Below, in pieces: positions 22,301 to 31,154 of a stretch of DNA of 64,000 nucleotides. The position numbers were made by a program, and so were the translations under genes. Below the pieces are notes generated by a model that did not search any database, was not told the DNA's origin, and saw only the letters and a list, made by a program, of their open reading frames with translations. Positions within the stretch are counted from its first letter, which is position 1; every line of letters begins with the position of its first letter. Source of the DNA: a virus (taxonomy: Duplodnaviria; Caudoviricetes); IMG/VR virus record IMGVR_UViG_3300021387_000087; one strand, 5' to 3'.

Positions 22301-25300
22301 GTTGTCAAAGCAATAGCTTCATCAAGATCATTTCCTGCTGTTGTAAGTGTAGCTGCTCCATCTTGAAGAGCAGTTGCTAATTCATCAGTTGCTATTGCAT
22401 AATTATTACCGATAAGATTCAATCTATCTACGATGTCCATCTTATCGATACCTTTTTCTGCGTCTTCATATGCGGCGCTCATAGCAACCAATGCAGTTGT
22501 TGCGTCATTAATATTGTCAAATTCAGAGACATTAAACAGTACATTTGCAGTTTGCGCTGATTGAGAGGCTTCCTGTAAAGTTTCGCCTAAACGCATCCAG
22601 TCGGCAGTACTCGTTTGTAATTGCGCGGCTGTAGTACCGATATCATTCGCTGTATCAAATGTACTCTTTTGATATTCTCTTAAACTACTCAGACTTTCAT
22701 CTGAAACTTTTTGCATCTCTGTTAATGCATCATCAAGTTCATGGATGATTCCAATACCCTGTTTAAATACGCCAATTACTTCATAAAACGAAACAAAGGA
22801 CAGGAGATAAGTGCCTAAGGATTTAAAACGCTCGGTAAGCATCGAAATAAAAGTGCCGCCTGTATTCCCAGCTTCCTTTTCTGCATTCGCAATATCTCTT
22901 AATTGCTGAACGACATTTGATGCATCAAAACTGTTAATTCCAGTTTGTAATTGACCGATTAATCCGCTCATTTCTGTTCTAGCACTAGATGATATAGCTG
23001 GATTATCGTTTAAAAATTTTTGATAAATTGCTCGTTGTTTTTGTAATTCACTAGGATTAACAATAGAAAAATCTTTTGCGCCATTTTTTATACGATCTAA
23101 GGACTCTTCAAATCCTTTTAAATTAGTTACATATTCTTTTATAATATCAGGATTACCAAGAATTTCTTCAAGTGACATGCCCTGCATTTTCTCAACAATC
23201 TTTTGAAAATTACCAAAAGATTCAGATGCGGAAACAATGTCTTTTTTAAATACCTTAAAAGCCGCATCGCTAAGAGAACCTTGAGCAAACACTTTGTTTA
23301 TTCCTTCAAAATTAGATTGTTTAATAATATTTGTAAATAAATCTCCCCCAAGGATTTTCGTCAAATCATCTTTTGTGCTTTTCGCCTCATGAATAATCTG
23401 TGAGTGAAATTTTTCAAACCCTAACGTTACTTTATCTAAAGCAACCTGTTGATTTAAAACCGCTTTATCGGGCGCGTTTTCACTTAATATACCCGTAAGA
23501 AAATCTGGTCTTTGTATATTGGTTGCCTTTGATATGCGATCTGTATATGTTTTTATGCTTTTATAAATGGCATCTATAGAAGTTGTAGTTGCTTTAGGAT
23601 TACTAATTTCGCCAAATAATTTAGTAATAGCAGTCCCATATCCCGTAAAACTTGCAGGTAAACTTGCCAATAGATTTTTCGACTCTGTAATTGAATCTTT
23701 GGCGGTTTTAAAAGTATTAGTAACCGATTCAATGTCCTGTTTTACCTGTTCCGTCACAGAATTTGTATTAGGATCAAATACTTTGAGAGGCTCATCAGTT
23801 AATGTTTGTTTTATTTGTCTAATTCGTTCTAATGCCTGTTCAACATTTATTAATTGAGCTTCTAAAGCGGGATCAATGACAACTAATTTTTCACTATCTG
23901 CTTTAATCTTTTCTAAATCTTTTTCTAATTTATTTAAATCTGCTATAGGTCTTTTAGTAGCCGATTCAGCTTTGGCTAACGCTTCTTTCTCAGCTTGATC
24001 TTTAGCTGCTTGGGCAGCCGTCTTTTGTGCTTCAACTTGTGCTTTATATGCTTTATCACCAGCAGCGGCACCACTTACATTCTGAGATAACATCTCGGTT
24101 AGTTGCAAGACCTCTTTTAATGCAGAAGCATCCATGAAATTAAAGGTACCGTTTTTCATAGAATCAACGATTTCTTTTAATCTCTCCAATGCCATAGTTG
24201 CACTATCTACATTCTCAACATAACCCCTGATTTCTTCTCCTGGATTATTTATTAATAATTGCATTTTCTGTGTATCATCATTAGGATTATATTGATATGC
24301 TAAATTCAAGTCTTCTAATGCACTTTTTTGTTTTTCATATTCAGCAATAGTCTTAGCAACATAAGAGGCTTGAGCATTCTCTATTGCTTTTAAAGATTCA
24401 ACTTGCTGAGAAGCTGCTTTTGTAAAACTATCACCTAATTGAGCACCAAAGATATTATCTTCAGGTTTAAGAGATGCTTGAGACAGTATTCTTTGTTTTG
24501 TTTCTTCAACATGTTTGGCAGCAGCATCTATTTCTTGTACTGATTTAGCGTCCAAAGCACCTTTTACATCTGTGCTATAACCTTTATATTGCTTACTTAA
24601 AGATTCATCAGCGGCTTTTTGTTGTGCTTTTTCTTCTTCTTTTTTAGCCTTTTCTGCCGCTTTTATTTGCTCTAGTTCAATTCGATTTTTTTGTTTTGTT
24701 TGTTCATCTAATAATTTTTTGTTTTGTGCTTCAGCCTCTTCTGTTCTTTGTTTTCTTTCAGCCTCTAATTGTTTTGCAAGATTATTTTTTTCAGTTTCTA
24801 ACGCTTTCTTTTCAGCCTCTAATGTTTTCTTTTCTTCTGCATTCGCTTTTTGTTGATCGTTAGCCTTTTTGTTCTTATACTTGTCAACTTCAGACTGTAA
24901 TTGCTTTCTAGCCTGTGTTTCTTCATCTAACAGTTTTTTAGTTTTAGCCAACTCCTCATTAGTAGCTTTAGTCTGCTCTTTAGCGACTTCAAGCTGTTCT
25001 GTAAGACCTTTAAACTGCTCATCAAATCCTTGAGAAAATTGAGCTGTATCAATTTGTTGCTTGAGTTCAAAAATCTTTTGAGTAGCCGCTTCTATCTTTT
25101 GAGGAATTTGTTCAAATACTTCTTTTAAACCTGTCAAATTAGAACCGTCAGAAAGAGATGAGAGAGTCGAATTTAAAATATTAAGTTGACCAATAATTTC
25201 TTGAATCTTTCCTGAAATGGCATCTAATACAGCGCTATTATCACCACCAAATATTTGTTTGATTAATTCGGTCGGAGAATTGTCAAGAGCAAAATTCTTT

Positions 25301-28300
25301 GCGCTATCTATAATTGCATCTGGGGCTTGCGTTATTTTAGGAAGAATAGATTGTAAATCAGCACCAGCTTCAATAGCATATTGTTTTAAATCATCTATTC
25401 TCCTTTTGTATGCTTCCATTTTTTCTTCGTTGGTAGATTTTTTATCGTCTAAAACATCTTGCGTAGACCAAAGAGTTTTAAAATAATTATCTCCACCATT
25501 GCGTTTCAGCATACCCTCCCAATTTTGTCCTAAATTATTAGAAAAATATTTTTCCAAAGATTCTGCTTGTGATCGTAATTCTTTTAAAGCCTGCCTATCT
25601 TTCGCAGCTTGTTGCTGGATAGCATTACCTGTGTTTGAAATATTAAAATTAAACCCTAAATCTTTTTGAGAGATCGTTTGTAAACTATCAGCAATAGTTT
25701 GAATCTGTGATAACAAATTTGGTAATCCAGAATTGTCATCAACTGCTCCAATAGCAGATTGCACACTTGCCAAAGATGCAACAAGTGCTATAACTTCTTC
25801 ATTTAATGTTTCAAACTGACTAATTAACGGATTAATATCTAATCCATTTTGTAAATCAACTTTAAGCCCACCCTCAGCTTGAACAGCAGACATTACTTTA
25901 CTCACTTGTTGACCTGCTTCAACAATTTGTCCCATTGCTTCGGCTATTTTTGTCAATTGTTCTGTAGTGCCAGCAGAGTCAGAACTTTTTCCCATTTGGT
26001 TAATTGTATTAGATACTTGGGTTAATAAAGTTTGAATTTTTTGAGTAGTATTAATAGTATTTTGTAATTCTTCAGGATCAAAACCAAATTTTGCTTTTAA
26101 TGCGGCTTTAGATTCTTCTTCAATACTTTTAGCACTCGCTTCTGCTGATGCTTTAACATCTTTGTTTGCATCAACAAATGCTTGTTTGGCTTCAGCGGCA
26201 CTTATAAATTTAAAAGTAAGATTATCAGCGTCATCCCCTTCTTTTTGCATTCCCTTGATATTGTCCGTCTTCACAGGTGTCTCTGGGTGAGTAGGGGGTA
26301 CCTCTGGTTTCGGTGCTGGTGTAGGATTCGCTGGTGTGCTAGGTGGCTGCGCATTATTGGCATTTTGACGAGAAGTCGCCAACCTATCTTGCGCATCAGC
26401 ATCCGCATTAGCCGCATCTGCTTCTTCTCGCATAGCTGTAGCCGCACCTTGTGCTGTTTCAGCGGCCTGTTGCCCCACTTGATTTCCTTGCTGTTGTGCT
26501 TGAGATAACCCTTCAACAGCACCTGTCGCACGAGTTGCTGATTCGTCTAAAGATTCAGTTGGTATTTCTCCATTTTGATTTGTTAAGTCGTTTAAGGCAT
26601 TTTGAGTTTGCTGTATTCGTCCCTCCCAATATGATATTTTTTGTTCTAAGGAATCAGCAAACTCTTGAAAACTGTCTATGGTAATAACATCACTGTCTTC
26701 AGCCCATTTTGCAATTAGCGCGTTTTGATGATCAAATAAAGATCCGGGGTCAAAATTGTCCTTATCACTAAGAATTTTATTAACTTCATCACGGGCTTCC
26801 TTTAATTTTTCTTGGATATTTTTATAAGTACTAATATATTTTTCTAATTGCTCTTCCGTTGCGTGTTCGTCCGTCTCTCCACTGCCCGCCTCTTCATTTG
26901 GAATTTCTATTGATGTTGGAGACATCTGCCTAATTGTCTCATTAATTTCTTTTACTTTTTCTTGTCTTGCTTCAATTTGTTCTTTTAAATTATCTAATTT
27001 TTCCTGAGCATCTTCACCATAGCTTTCCAGAGCGCCAAATGAAGCACCCGTTTCACCTGATGATTCCCAATATTGTGCTAAATCTCTAATAACATCATTA
27101 TCAGAGTCATACATATGTTCTAAAACAATTTCAGCTTCAGACCTAAATTTAGTCGCTGATTCACCCTCATTTATTGATTCAACAATATTTTGAATGGCAG
27201 AATTCAGTTCTTGCTGTTCTTGGTATTGTCTTTCAAGTTCTTCAAGCTCTTCTTCTAATGCTTTTCTTTGTTGTTCTAATTGTCCAACATCAACTATTTC
27301 TTGAGTATCAGGCGTTGATTCTGGCGTTACCTTTGCTGGTTTTGATTCTTCTGCTTGGATGTTCGCAATTTGTTCATTTATTGCTCTTTTTTGCGATTCA
27401 GTCTCAGCAATTGTGTTTAGGAGATTTTGTAGTTCAGTAGAATTTTCAATCCATCTTTGTTTTAGATTGGTTATATGCTCTCGGAGACCATCAGTATTAA
27501 ACTCTTTTTCGCCACCAAATTCTCTTGCTAATCTTTCTGCCAACGACTCTTTTTTATCCCATGTTTTAAGTTTATCTAAGTTAGAGGGCATATTTTTGCC
27601 ATTATTACCCCCTATCATATTTTGGTAAGCCTTATAATATTCAATCCATGCTAAATCTTTATTTGATTCATCGGCCTCATCATACGCTTGCTGTTTTTCC
27701 CATAATTGTTTTTTTGATGCTGATACGCCCTTTTGTTCATAATTTCCATTAATTACATCAACAATCGCTGTATTTTCTTTTTCTAATTCTTCTTTTGCCC
27801 TTTGTAATTCATCAGCTTGTTTTTCTACTTCTTGACGCTGTTTGGTTAAATGATCAACATCTCCCTCTAGCTTATCAGTAAAAACAGACGGATCTACCAT
27901 TCCTTCAATATTTTCAGCGCTAGAATCAACGCCAGTTTTTCCATATGTGTTTAATAAGTTTTTAAAGGCTTGAGAAATTTGTGCTTTTCTTCTAGCTTCA
28001 TCATCTCTTTGTTTTTTTTCTTCTGAACGATTATCAGCCGTTTTTTCTGCAAGAGACTCTAACCAATTTGTAACAGTATCATCATATCTTAAATCAGCAG
28101 GTTCTTCGTCAGGTGCAATTATATTAAATAACTGATCCCAGTCAAGCGTATTAGCTTTATCATACTCTTGAATGGTTGATTCAATCTGTTTAGAACGCTC
28201 TCCTTGAACCATTTCACGAAGACGGGATAAAAGAGCTGGGATGTCTTTTTGTTCATATTGACTCGCATTTAACTTCTCTCGTATATCATCTCTTGTTTTA

Positions 28301-29199
28301 CTTGCTTTCTCTATTTTTGAACGTAAATCACCAATAATATTAGTAACATCTTCTTGTGTATATTTACCACCTTTTTCCGAACTTGTGATTGCAGAAATAA
28401 TCTCGTCAAGACGATTTTCTGCGGTCGCATATGCTTTCTGTTGTTCCTCGTTTTTAGGATTCTGCTTTGCAATATATTTTAAACGTTCAGTTAAAGCAGC
28501 CGCTCTTCGCAAATCTGATTTGGTAAAAGAATCAGTTTTCCCACCCGCTTTTAGCCACAGGTCTTCAACTTGCTGTGATGATGCTGTACCGCCTATCATA
28601 TAAGGCATAACATCTTTATAATCTGTTGAAATAGACACATTGCTCATCATTTGGACAATATCTTTTATTGTTTCATCAGCATGCTGACCTAACGCATTTC
28701 GATATTGTGCCTTGAATTTTTGGGTGTCTCTTTTCCCCATACCAAAAGATTCGATAGCCTCATCAAAAATTGAGGCTCCTAAAATTTGTTGAGCAATCTC
28801 CTCCCCAGGTTTAATTTTCTCCCATTTCGAGGCACCTGTTTTAGAAAATTCTGAGCTATAATAATATGGGATCTCTTCTATGCCCCTTCTAAAACCCTCA
28901 ATAATTTGTACTTTAACGCTTTCCGCTAAATCTCCATCGGCTAAAACTTGAGTTAAAGGAGGAATTACATTACTCCAATCCAAATCTTTAAATTTACTAT
29001 TAGACAATAATTCATTGATTTTGCCCAATTCACTTTCAGCCTGTTCTGCTAATTTTTTATCGTTAAAACCTACATCCAATTCATAGTCTTTAAGATTGCC
29101 TTTTAGTCCATTTTTAAGTTGACTAGCAATTTGTTTATAATTATCAATTAACTCAACTGCTAATGATATCTTACCAGTCGCAACACCCTGTCCAGCCAT
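13318..29199 (-). CDS. Tail tape-measure protein (5293 aa) with C-terminal cell-wall/choline-binding-type repeats
   Basis: Very long helical/coiled-coil ORF upstream of Dit; TP901-type core (ELDDALTEMQKVS...ADWMRLG...IVDRLNLIGNNYAI...GKGIRTIALRL) at ~21800-22750; TGWQKVGG.WYY repeats near the C-terminus; AAAGGAGGTG RBS. Confidence 0.9.
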   Translation of the reverse strand: MAGQGVATGKISLAVELIDNYKQIASQLKNGLKGNLKDYELDVGFNDKKLAEQAESELGKINELLSNSKFKDLDWSNVIPPLTQVLADGDLAESVKVQIIEGFRRGIEEIPYYYSSEFSKTGASKWEKIKPGEEIAQQILGASIFDEAIESFGMGKRDTQKFKAQYRNALGQHADETIKDIVQMMSNVSISTDYKDVMPYMIGGTASSQQVEDLWLKAGGKTDSFTKSDLRRAAALTERLKYIAKQNPKNEEQQKAYATAENRLDEIISAITSSEKGGKYTQEDVTNIIGDLRSKIEKASKTRDDIREKLNASQYEQKDIPALLSRLREMVQGERSKQIESTIQEYDKANTLDWDQLFNIIAPDEEPADLRYDDTVTNWLESLAEKTADNRSEEKKQRDDEARRKAQISQAFKNLLNTYGKTGVDSSAENIEGMVDPSVFTDKLEGDVDHLTKQRQEVEKQADELQRAKEELEKENTAIVDVINGNYEQKGVSASKKQLWEKQQAYDEADESNKDLAWIEYYKAYQNMIGGNNGKNMPSNLDKLKTWDKKESLAERLAREFGGEKEFNTDGLREHITNLKQRWIENSTELQNLLNTIAETESQKRAINEQIANIQAEESKPAKVTPESTPDTQEIVDVGQLEQQRKALEEELEELERQYQEQQELNSAIQNIVESINEGESATKFRSEAEIVLEHMYDSDNDVIRDLAQYWESSGETGASFGALESYGEDAQEKLDNLKEQIEARQEKVKEINETIRQMSPTSIEIPNEEAGSGETDEHATEEQLEKYISTYKNIQEKLKEARDEVNKILSDKDNFDPGSLFDHQNALIAKWAEDSDVITIDSFQEFADSLEQKISYWEGRIQQTQNALNDLTNQNGEIPTESLDESATRATGAVEGLSQAQQQGNQVGQQAAETAQGAATAMREEADAANADADAQDRLATSRQNANNAQPPSTPANPTPAPKPEVPPTHPETPVKTDNIKGMQKEGDDADNLTFKFISAAEAKQAFVDANKDVKASAEASAKSIEEESKAALKAKFGFDPEELQNTINTTQKIQTLLTQVSNTINQMGKSSDSAGTTEQLTKIAEAMGQIVEAGQQVSKVMSAVQAEGGLKVDLQNGLDINPLISQFETLNEEVIALVASLASVQSAIGAVDDNSGLPNLLSQIQTIADSLQTISQKDLGFNFNISNTGNAIQQQAAKDRQALKELRSQAESLEKYFSNNLGQNWEGMLKRNGGDNYFKTLWSTQDVLDDKKSTNEEKMEAYKRRIDDLKQYAIEAGADLQSILPKITQAPDAIIDSAKNFALDNSPTELIKQIFGGDNSAVLDAISGKIQEIIGQLNILNSTLSSLSDGSNLTGLKEVFEQIPQKIEAATQKIFELKQQIDTAQFSQGFDEQFKGLTEQLEVAKEQTKATNEELAKTKKLLDEETQARKQLQSEVDKYKNKKANDQQKANAEEKKTLEAEKKALETEKNNLAKQLEAERKQRTEEAEAQNKKLLDEQTKQKNRIELEQIKAAEKAKKEEEKAQQKAADESLSKQYKGYSTDVKGALDAKSVQEIDAAAKHVEETKQRILSQASLKPEDNIFGAQLGDSFTKAASQQVESLKAIENAQASYVAKTIAEYEKQKSALEDLNLAYQYNPNDDTQKMQLLINNPGEEIRGYVENVDSATMALERLKEIVDSMKNGTFNFMDASALKEVLQLTEMLSQNVSGAAAGDKAYKAQVEAQKTAAQAAKDQAEKEALAKAESATKRPIADLNKLEKDLEKIKADSEKLVVIDPALEAQLINVEQALERIRQIKQTLTDEPLKVFDPNTNSVTEQVKQDIESVTNTFKTAKDSITESKNLLASLPASFTGYGTAITKLFGEISNPKATTTSIDAIYKSIKTYTDRISKATNIQRPDFLTGILSENAPDKAVLNQQVALDKVTLGFEKFHSQIIHEAKSTKDDLTKILGGDLFTNIIKQSNFEGINKVFAQGSLSDAAFKVFKKDIVSASESFGNFQKIVEKMQGMSLEEILGNPDIIKEYVTNLKGFEESLDRIKNGAKDFSIVNPSELQKQRAIYQKFLNDNPAISSSARTEMSGLIGQLQTGINSFDASNVVQQLRDIANAEKEAGNTGGTFISMLTERFKSLGTYLLSFVSFYEVIGVFKQGIGIIHELDDALTEMQKVSDESLSSLREYQKSTFDTANDIGTTAAQLQTSTADWMRLGETLQEASQSAQTANVLFNVSEFDNINDATTALVAMSAAYEDAEKGIDKMDIVDRLNLIGNNYAIATDELATALQDGAATLTTAGNDLDEAIALTTAGNLITQDASKTGKGIRTIALRLTGTKEAAEELEEMGEDTSDMIMSQSKMRELIMNATKVASNNYQGFDIQDELGRYKSTYEIMLGLSQIWDEIRQADLKSGDNRQNLLLESIAGKNRASIASSILQNPKTLQSVYEDSSTKAANSAMKENQKYLDSISGHLAKLQNAWQELWANAANRDIINMFIDLGTTILNVINEVGGLQSAFALLYGGTIIRGLMTADSWLVKFVSRLDEAKATSKSLGDVFRTIFDSNKSDDENKSIFKGWAQIQNQRENRAKAKENPEIQALKEQKEAQQEMNDVLEEGNALKEESISVSGEKAAAEVAETTAENANNSAHIEGAVGETTDSVATADNTKKTEENTLATIANKEAEDAQTGSKLSGGMSQGLDGVATGAGSAGTAAGATGLAGLASSPLFWLIAIPAAITIINGLFNYLDQQQQDHIDKAHELTNTWNENKDSLNNYTQQYQDLHKQLENTNLSEEEQANIKKQLYDLQKQITDEYGHSADGVDLVNGKLDEQLDKLRNIKAEEARSNLAHNAGDYENAEEKLTKDRQVYNMSSGGFLSDKDIESLTKDLTGNWGKYDYAGEIGIRFTGNALEAEESMDVLYNRLLELKEEMGEDWDGSGFEGLMNSLTASIQENDEIISKYKDDYNSFLEQSIFAKNGTFGEDNLSAGEVLVEAQEAVDNYNAALVSGDTSQIEKTKTAFDKVKEAANEVVDAMGDQKFNRPFEDIFDKVDQTQIEAYNIKKKFNDSKVKNAVESVLGTPKENKKSAKEIPDTLRDAVENLLNEQQKAYEWGMKGFGVEPLQGLYPTAQFGNVNMNERPVIKWDKKTKKQYADALKSWDYNPEKGSIDTVFGTSEKFNNIDIAFTPIMKNSKNGKGEFLDADTVHDYIQNIINEATDKTTGKIDLGQILELDKPEKGGKGIIAAVNDIGDYTANAVGKMMHFSGKKGAIYLGMEQLSKAAKEAGLDVNNVMEALQKTGSVDALSGLFDDFKYDVTDIEGYLSNLSNLPPEVASDIQTIADAFGITAESSQESINAVAELLGRLGYIATTSLDEAGESFDKFAQKASGWIEETSNLSSTLSKGQGFLTFTKTQDDQGHEIASEVKAIADAYKDLPNYDYASLFEETAGGIMVNADALRALQSQEESMRHAEFYEKRQELMEKFTASSGAVADAYREEIEQLDMLWSAYSGATSALSKYQNGHGSADYSTNYKLFRDQIFKEGDAYLESGETGEEGFRRIAQLFSYKDLALASVKEVEAAYEQGADTMQKFFTEDPTQGANLWIDEIMSWPEEYAEISTNAAGETVMTMTDKNLDAVAEHYGVSKDLILSLMNELNATGSRVHFFTDGQMQQLDKVTEQAEAAKQRLIDLKKTGTDPALAHANLFDFDVATLSAEELESKIKEIQDLKANPDISTETASALDDLLQSMIERLDIINGKHVEPDMEINVDTLDYAKEITGDLNERLDSIKENSKLGFDISIKDDKKIQEFAQQFSQLPEKIQMAYDFTPTNDPEEIIKQIENKYANGVEIKISPVLDNSHIQGYYKDGHAPIGADLITVGVGVDPASEEAAKQEVADTIGSAEPDVGVHAHLASSAEDLKPLTTLGFNGEADFQMNLSADASQANEVIEETKEEATKETEMPLVLKAENTAQDAANQAGVQQGVQTTNHETTIKDEQINTTVTSDTSQVDAANQTVSNLKAMSGSNVSIGLSVDGIEDVDKAKDSIDNLTSQKNPKVKVTINGNSAQFNKTSSDVTNKLNALGKKVTTPKISADNSRLSSKVSDSKSKLSSIKDKTARITASQVGFSTISSWKSSVYDKLSNKTITIKTKYTTEGKPNNGGGFQGSAHNQGTVISKGHAYAGGTLSGDWGLPKAEKGALVNELGSEVIVTPDGHWQILNGGDPTFANLPKGSIIFNHKQSESLLKKGYVNGSHGKMVGGAFANGTVDDEDFDEDELEGKAFAAGTAKWDGQLSGMSHAAGGTLKKASKKSRKGSTSSSSSSKKSSGSGKKSSGKSGKKSSGNSSSNKSSKDNLQTLDAIEIRLNRIDALISQLDTNAAKTYSTFANRNSALVQDLATVQKEINAINSSLSSKSHVYNYLSKASAAAKEAGLKSGDEGYKKGSQGASGTALSQTWIKRIQNSVNSGQYFTINDVRDEGLWKKIQAYQTWYEKYVKMQQKLQDQINKLSQLTIQQLTLIQTKWETTINNIGANITSLQNRIDLVTERGYDVAENYYSSQITENQNKIKALNSEASELQAQLNAAVKAGRIQQYSEEWYKWYIQIKNINNEVIAVNKEIQSLVNSIRQLRWDKFERGQDELSNLADEMEFLGDLINEIDLFDKDTGLVTDKGKAAFALEAQRYDIYIKQAKKYGEAVKRLNADIAKDPNNKTLIDQRNEWLKAQQDAISNAHSQKEAIADLVEKGIKKQIEVMEDLIDKYEDALDAEKEQQKYAESIAKKQKEINSLQKQLKSMEGDDSEEGATKRQKLRDQLKEAQKDLEDTQEDQRISDIKDALSTMQEKYEEVLNARLDNIDALLTEVVSGVNQSGADIVSTLKDVASSVDYSLSGSLNNIYTGVQNLSANVANVAGQVGALVTATSTSNGSVDNTSATTYAKTPTPTVPTTPTVADYTPKSTASSSTAAKSTTTPAKTTAKAKNGFITEGGKTYYYKNDKKQTGWQKVGGNWYYMNSSGAMTTGWQKVGGKWYYLSTKNGAMLKDVQKIGNTYYLLDKTTGALKSNYTGLYKTGSSTYYFKSGTIQTGWRDMKEGRRYFSVNSGKMLTGRQKIGNDEYYFNSNGILQIGKFNVDGYTFETDKNGKIKKRTKTAGGNALKSSSNNSNKAVSTAASKGLKIQGGFAKGTKNVNRAGMYRVDEEGQEVFINKNGKIYTRLNKGTAVLPHDAAVNLLKGMSNPVDFIASHMDMRPNKNITNTNNTTGDIVNNITFNIPNVTNYKEFMQEAQRDPNFTKYIQELSIGRLNGNNSLKGNSIRFR
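13830..14330 (-). repeat. About 7-8 cell-wall-binding (choline/glucan-binding YG-type) repeats within the tape-measure protein
   Basis: QTGWQKVGGNWYYMNSSGAM / TTGWQKVGGKWYYLSTKNGAM / LTGRQKIGNDEYYFNSNGIL. Confidence 0.85.
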
Positions 29200-29229
29200 T
29201 GTAACGCACCTCCTTTCACATTATATTTA

Positions 29230-29772
29230 TTAGCTAAACCTAAGCACTGAATATTTTTGTTTCATAGCTGCTTCTACTCCTAAATTAAACATTTTATTTT
29301 GAAATTGGTCACTAGCAACCATCTTTTCGATTTTTCCGAACCTATTTGGTTCTCCTTGAATATAAACAGGATCTTTAGCCACAGGAGAAAGATAATCCCC
29401 ATAATGTCGTAAATGATTCACGCGCCTGCCATGCAATCCTAAATCCCAAACGCTTTCATATATTTCTTCTTCTGAAATGCCTTTTGGCTCATGATTCGTA
29501 AAACCGGGCAATATGGCAACACCACCCTCTCGAAAGTTGCCTTTACGAAAATGAAATTTTTTATAAGACCAATCACGCATTTGACCAGTTCTTTGATAAT
29601 ATTCAGGATCATATTCATTGTAATAACCCGCCATTTCTTTTTTAGCAAATTCTTCAATTTTATTAGACGCTTCTTTAATTGCAACAATAGAAAAAGTATT
29701 AAAGAATAATTGCAAATCGTTAGTAATGGCAGCATCGTTAAGGTCTATTGTAAAATTTAAACCAAATTTCAT
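29230..29772 (-). CDS. Hypothetical phage protein (tail region)
   Basis: 180-aa ORF, co-oriented and closely packed; YYNEYDPEYYQRT motif. Confidence 0.6.
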   Translation of the reverse strand: MKFGLNFTIDLNDAAITNDLQLFFNTFSIVAIKEASNKIEEFAKKEMAGYYNEYDPEYYQRTGQMRDWSYKKFHFRKGNFREGGVAILPGFTNHEPKGISEEEIYESVWDLGLHGRRVNHLRHYGDYLSPVAKDPVYIQGEPNRFGKIEKMVASDQFQNKMFNLGVEAAMKQKYSVLRFS

Positions 29773-29776
29773 AGAA

Positions 29777-30391
29777 TTACTCCCTCTTCACAATCCTCCT
29801 CACCTTATCCATATCAATTTCTCCGACCACATCTTCAGCAGCCCCAAGGAAACTTTCAATCCATTTATGAATAAGCGGAGCAAACTTTACCACTTGTTCC
29901 CTGACAAAAGCATGCGGTTCATAATAATTTGTCATAATATCATTGCTCTTCATATTGAGCACACTATCAAACATAGCCACTTGCGCTTCAGGAATATAAC
30001 TAATAATTACGTCCACAAGACCATACCTCTGTAACAGGTTAAAATCACCCAATGCATCATTTTCATCAAACTTAATATTTGTATATGTATTAAGTAGTGC
30101 ACTTACATACAATAAATACTTTTTACATGAATCGACTTTAAACTGCCCATCAACTGTAAAATAACTAGACGCGATAATCTGATCGCAAATAGCGCACACC
30201 ACTTCATAACGTTCATAATCTTTTACAGCAAGTGTCCCTTCCAGATATACACGTCTAGCATCATCTGAAGATCTGTTTTTAAGTGACTTAACAAAATCCT
30301 TTACTGTCACAAATTTAACTCTATCTTTTTCAGCATCTATAAAATGTGTTCTAACATCTGCCTGCTGATTCTGATTCGTATTTTTAGCCAT
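29777..30391 (-). CDS. Hypothetical protein, possible tail assembly chaperone
   Basis: 204 aa, AAAAGGAGA RBS; function inferred only from its position between the major tail and tape-measure genes. Confidence 0.5.
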   Translation of the reverse strand: MAKNTNQNQQADVRTHFIDAEKDRVKFVTVKDFVKSLKNRSSDDARRVYLEGTLAVKDYERYEVVCAICDQIIASSYFTVDGQFKVDSCKKYLLYVSALLNTYTNIKFDENDALGDFNLLQRYGLVDVIISYIPEAQVAMFDSVLNMKSNDIMTNYYEPHAFVREQVVKFAPLIHKWIESFLGAAEDVVGEIDMDKVRRIVKRE

Positions 30392-30412
30392 AATTAATTC
30401 TCCTTTTCTTCC

Positions 30413-30883
30413 TTAATTAAATTTCTTACAGTATGCCACCCCTACACAAATAGCATCTGCCTCATCGTCATTTACTTCTTTGTTAAAGTTATCTTTAACA
30501 TATTTAATTGAAGCTTGTTTAAATTCTGTTCGTTTCCTACCAAACGCTTGCAGTTTCACATATTTACGCCATTCACTGGGCGCAAATTCATAATATGTAA
30601 TTCCATTAAATAAACAAAAACCGTAGACCGCTCCAATAATTTTCATGAGCATATCTATGACTTTCATATTTCCAAACACAACATCTTTTTCTATTACTAT
30701 AATATCAGGCTTTAACTGTCCTATATCAGCCAGTAATTCTTTGACCATTAATTCAAGACGTTTATAACCGTTCTTTTCTTTTTTAAAATTATCAATAACA
30801 CCCGATTCTTGATAGACGCCATCTTTAAAAATAGCCCATCCTGTAGATGTTGTACTGGTATCAAGAGATAGAAGAGTAATCAT
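30413..30883 (-). CDS. RuvC-like Holliday junction resolvase
   Basis: LLSLDTSTTSTGWA, IVIEKD, PSEWRK and DDEADAI acidic catalytic motifs. Confidence 0.8.
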   Translation of the reverse strand: MITLLSLDTSTTSTGWAIFKDGVYQESGVIDNFKKEKNGYKRLELMVKELLADIGQLKPDIIVIEKDVVFGNMKVIDMLMKIIGAVYGFCLFNGITYYEFAPSEWRKYVKLQAFGRKRTEFKQASIKYVKDNFNKEVNDDEADAICVGVAYCKKFN

Positions 30884-31128
30884 ATTGTGTCCTCCTCTAA
30901 TTCATAACGACACCAAAGTTCATATGCCTCTTTGGTTTCTTCTTTTAAGAAGATCATTACCAAAATAGTATTACCTGTTTTCCTGTCCATTCCTGTATAT
31001 ATATCAATTGGGTAAATACCGTTTGCGATATATAATTTAAATTGTTTGCTATTAACAATTCGCACAACTTCTTCAGGACGGTATGGACGTGGATGTAAGT
31101 TTGAATTTACTAAATCATGACTGACCAT
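30880..31128 (-). CDS. Small hypothetical protein (82 aa)
   Basis: GAAAGGA RBS; ATGA-type overlap with the resolvase gene. Confidence 0.65.
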   Translation of the reverse strand: MVSHDLVNSNLHPRPYRPEEVVRIVNSKQFKLYIANGIYPIDIYTGMDRKTGNTILVMIFLKEETKEAYELWCRYELEEDTI

Positions 31129-31154
31129 ATATCTTTAACCAATCCTTTCTCGTA

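Noticed and set aside
13649-28603. Many short ORFs inside the tape-measure gene
   Set aside because: Alternative-frame or antisense by-products of a long coding sequence, with no independent signals
29230-30391. Programmed frameshift between putative tail chaperone genes
   Set aside because: No convincing slippery sequence identified near the end of the 204-aa ORF, and the chaperone assignment is itself only positional
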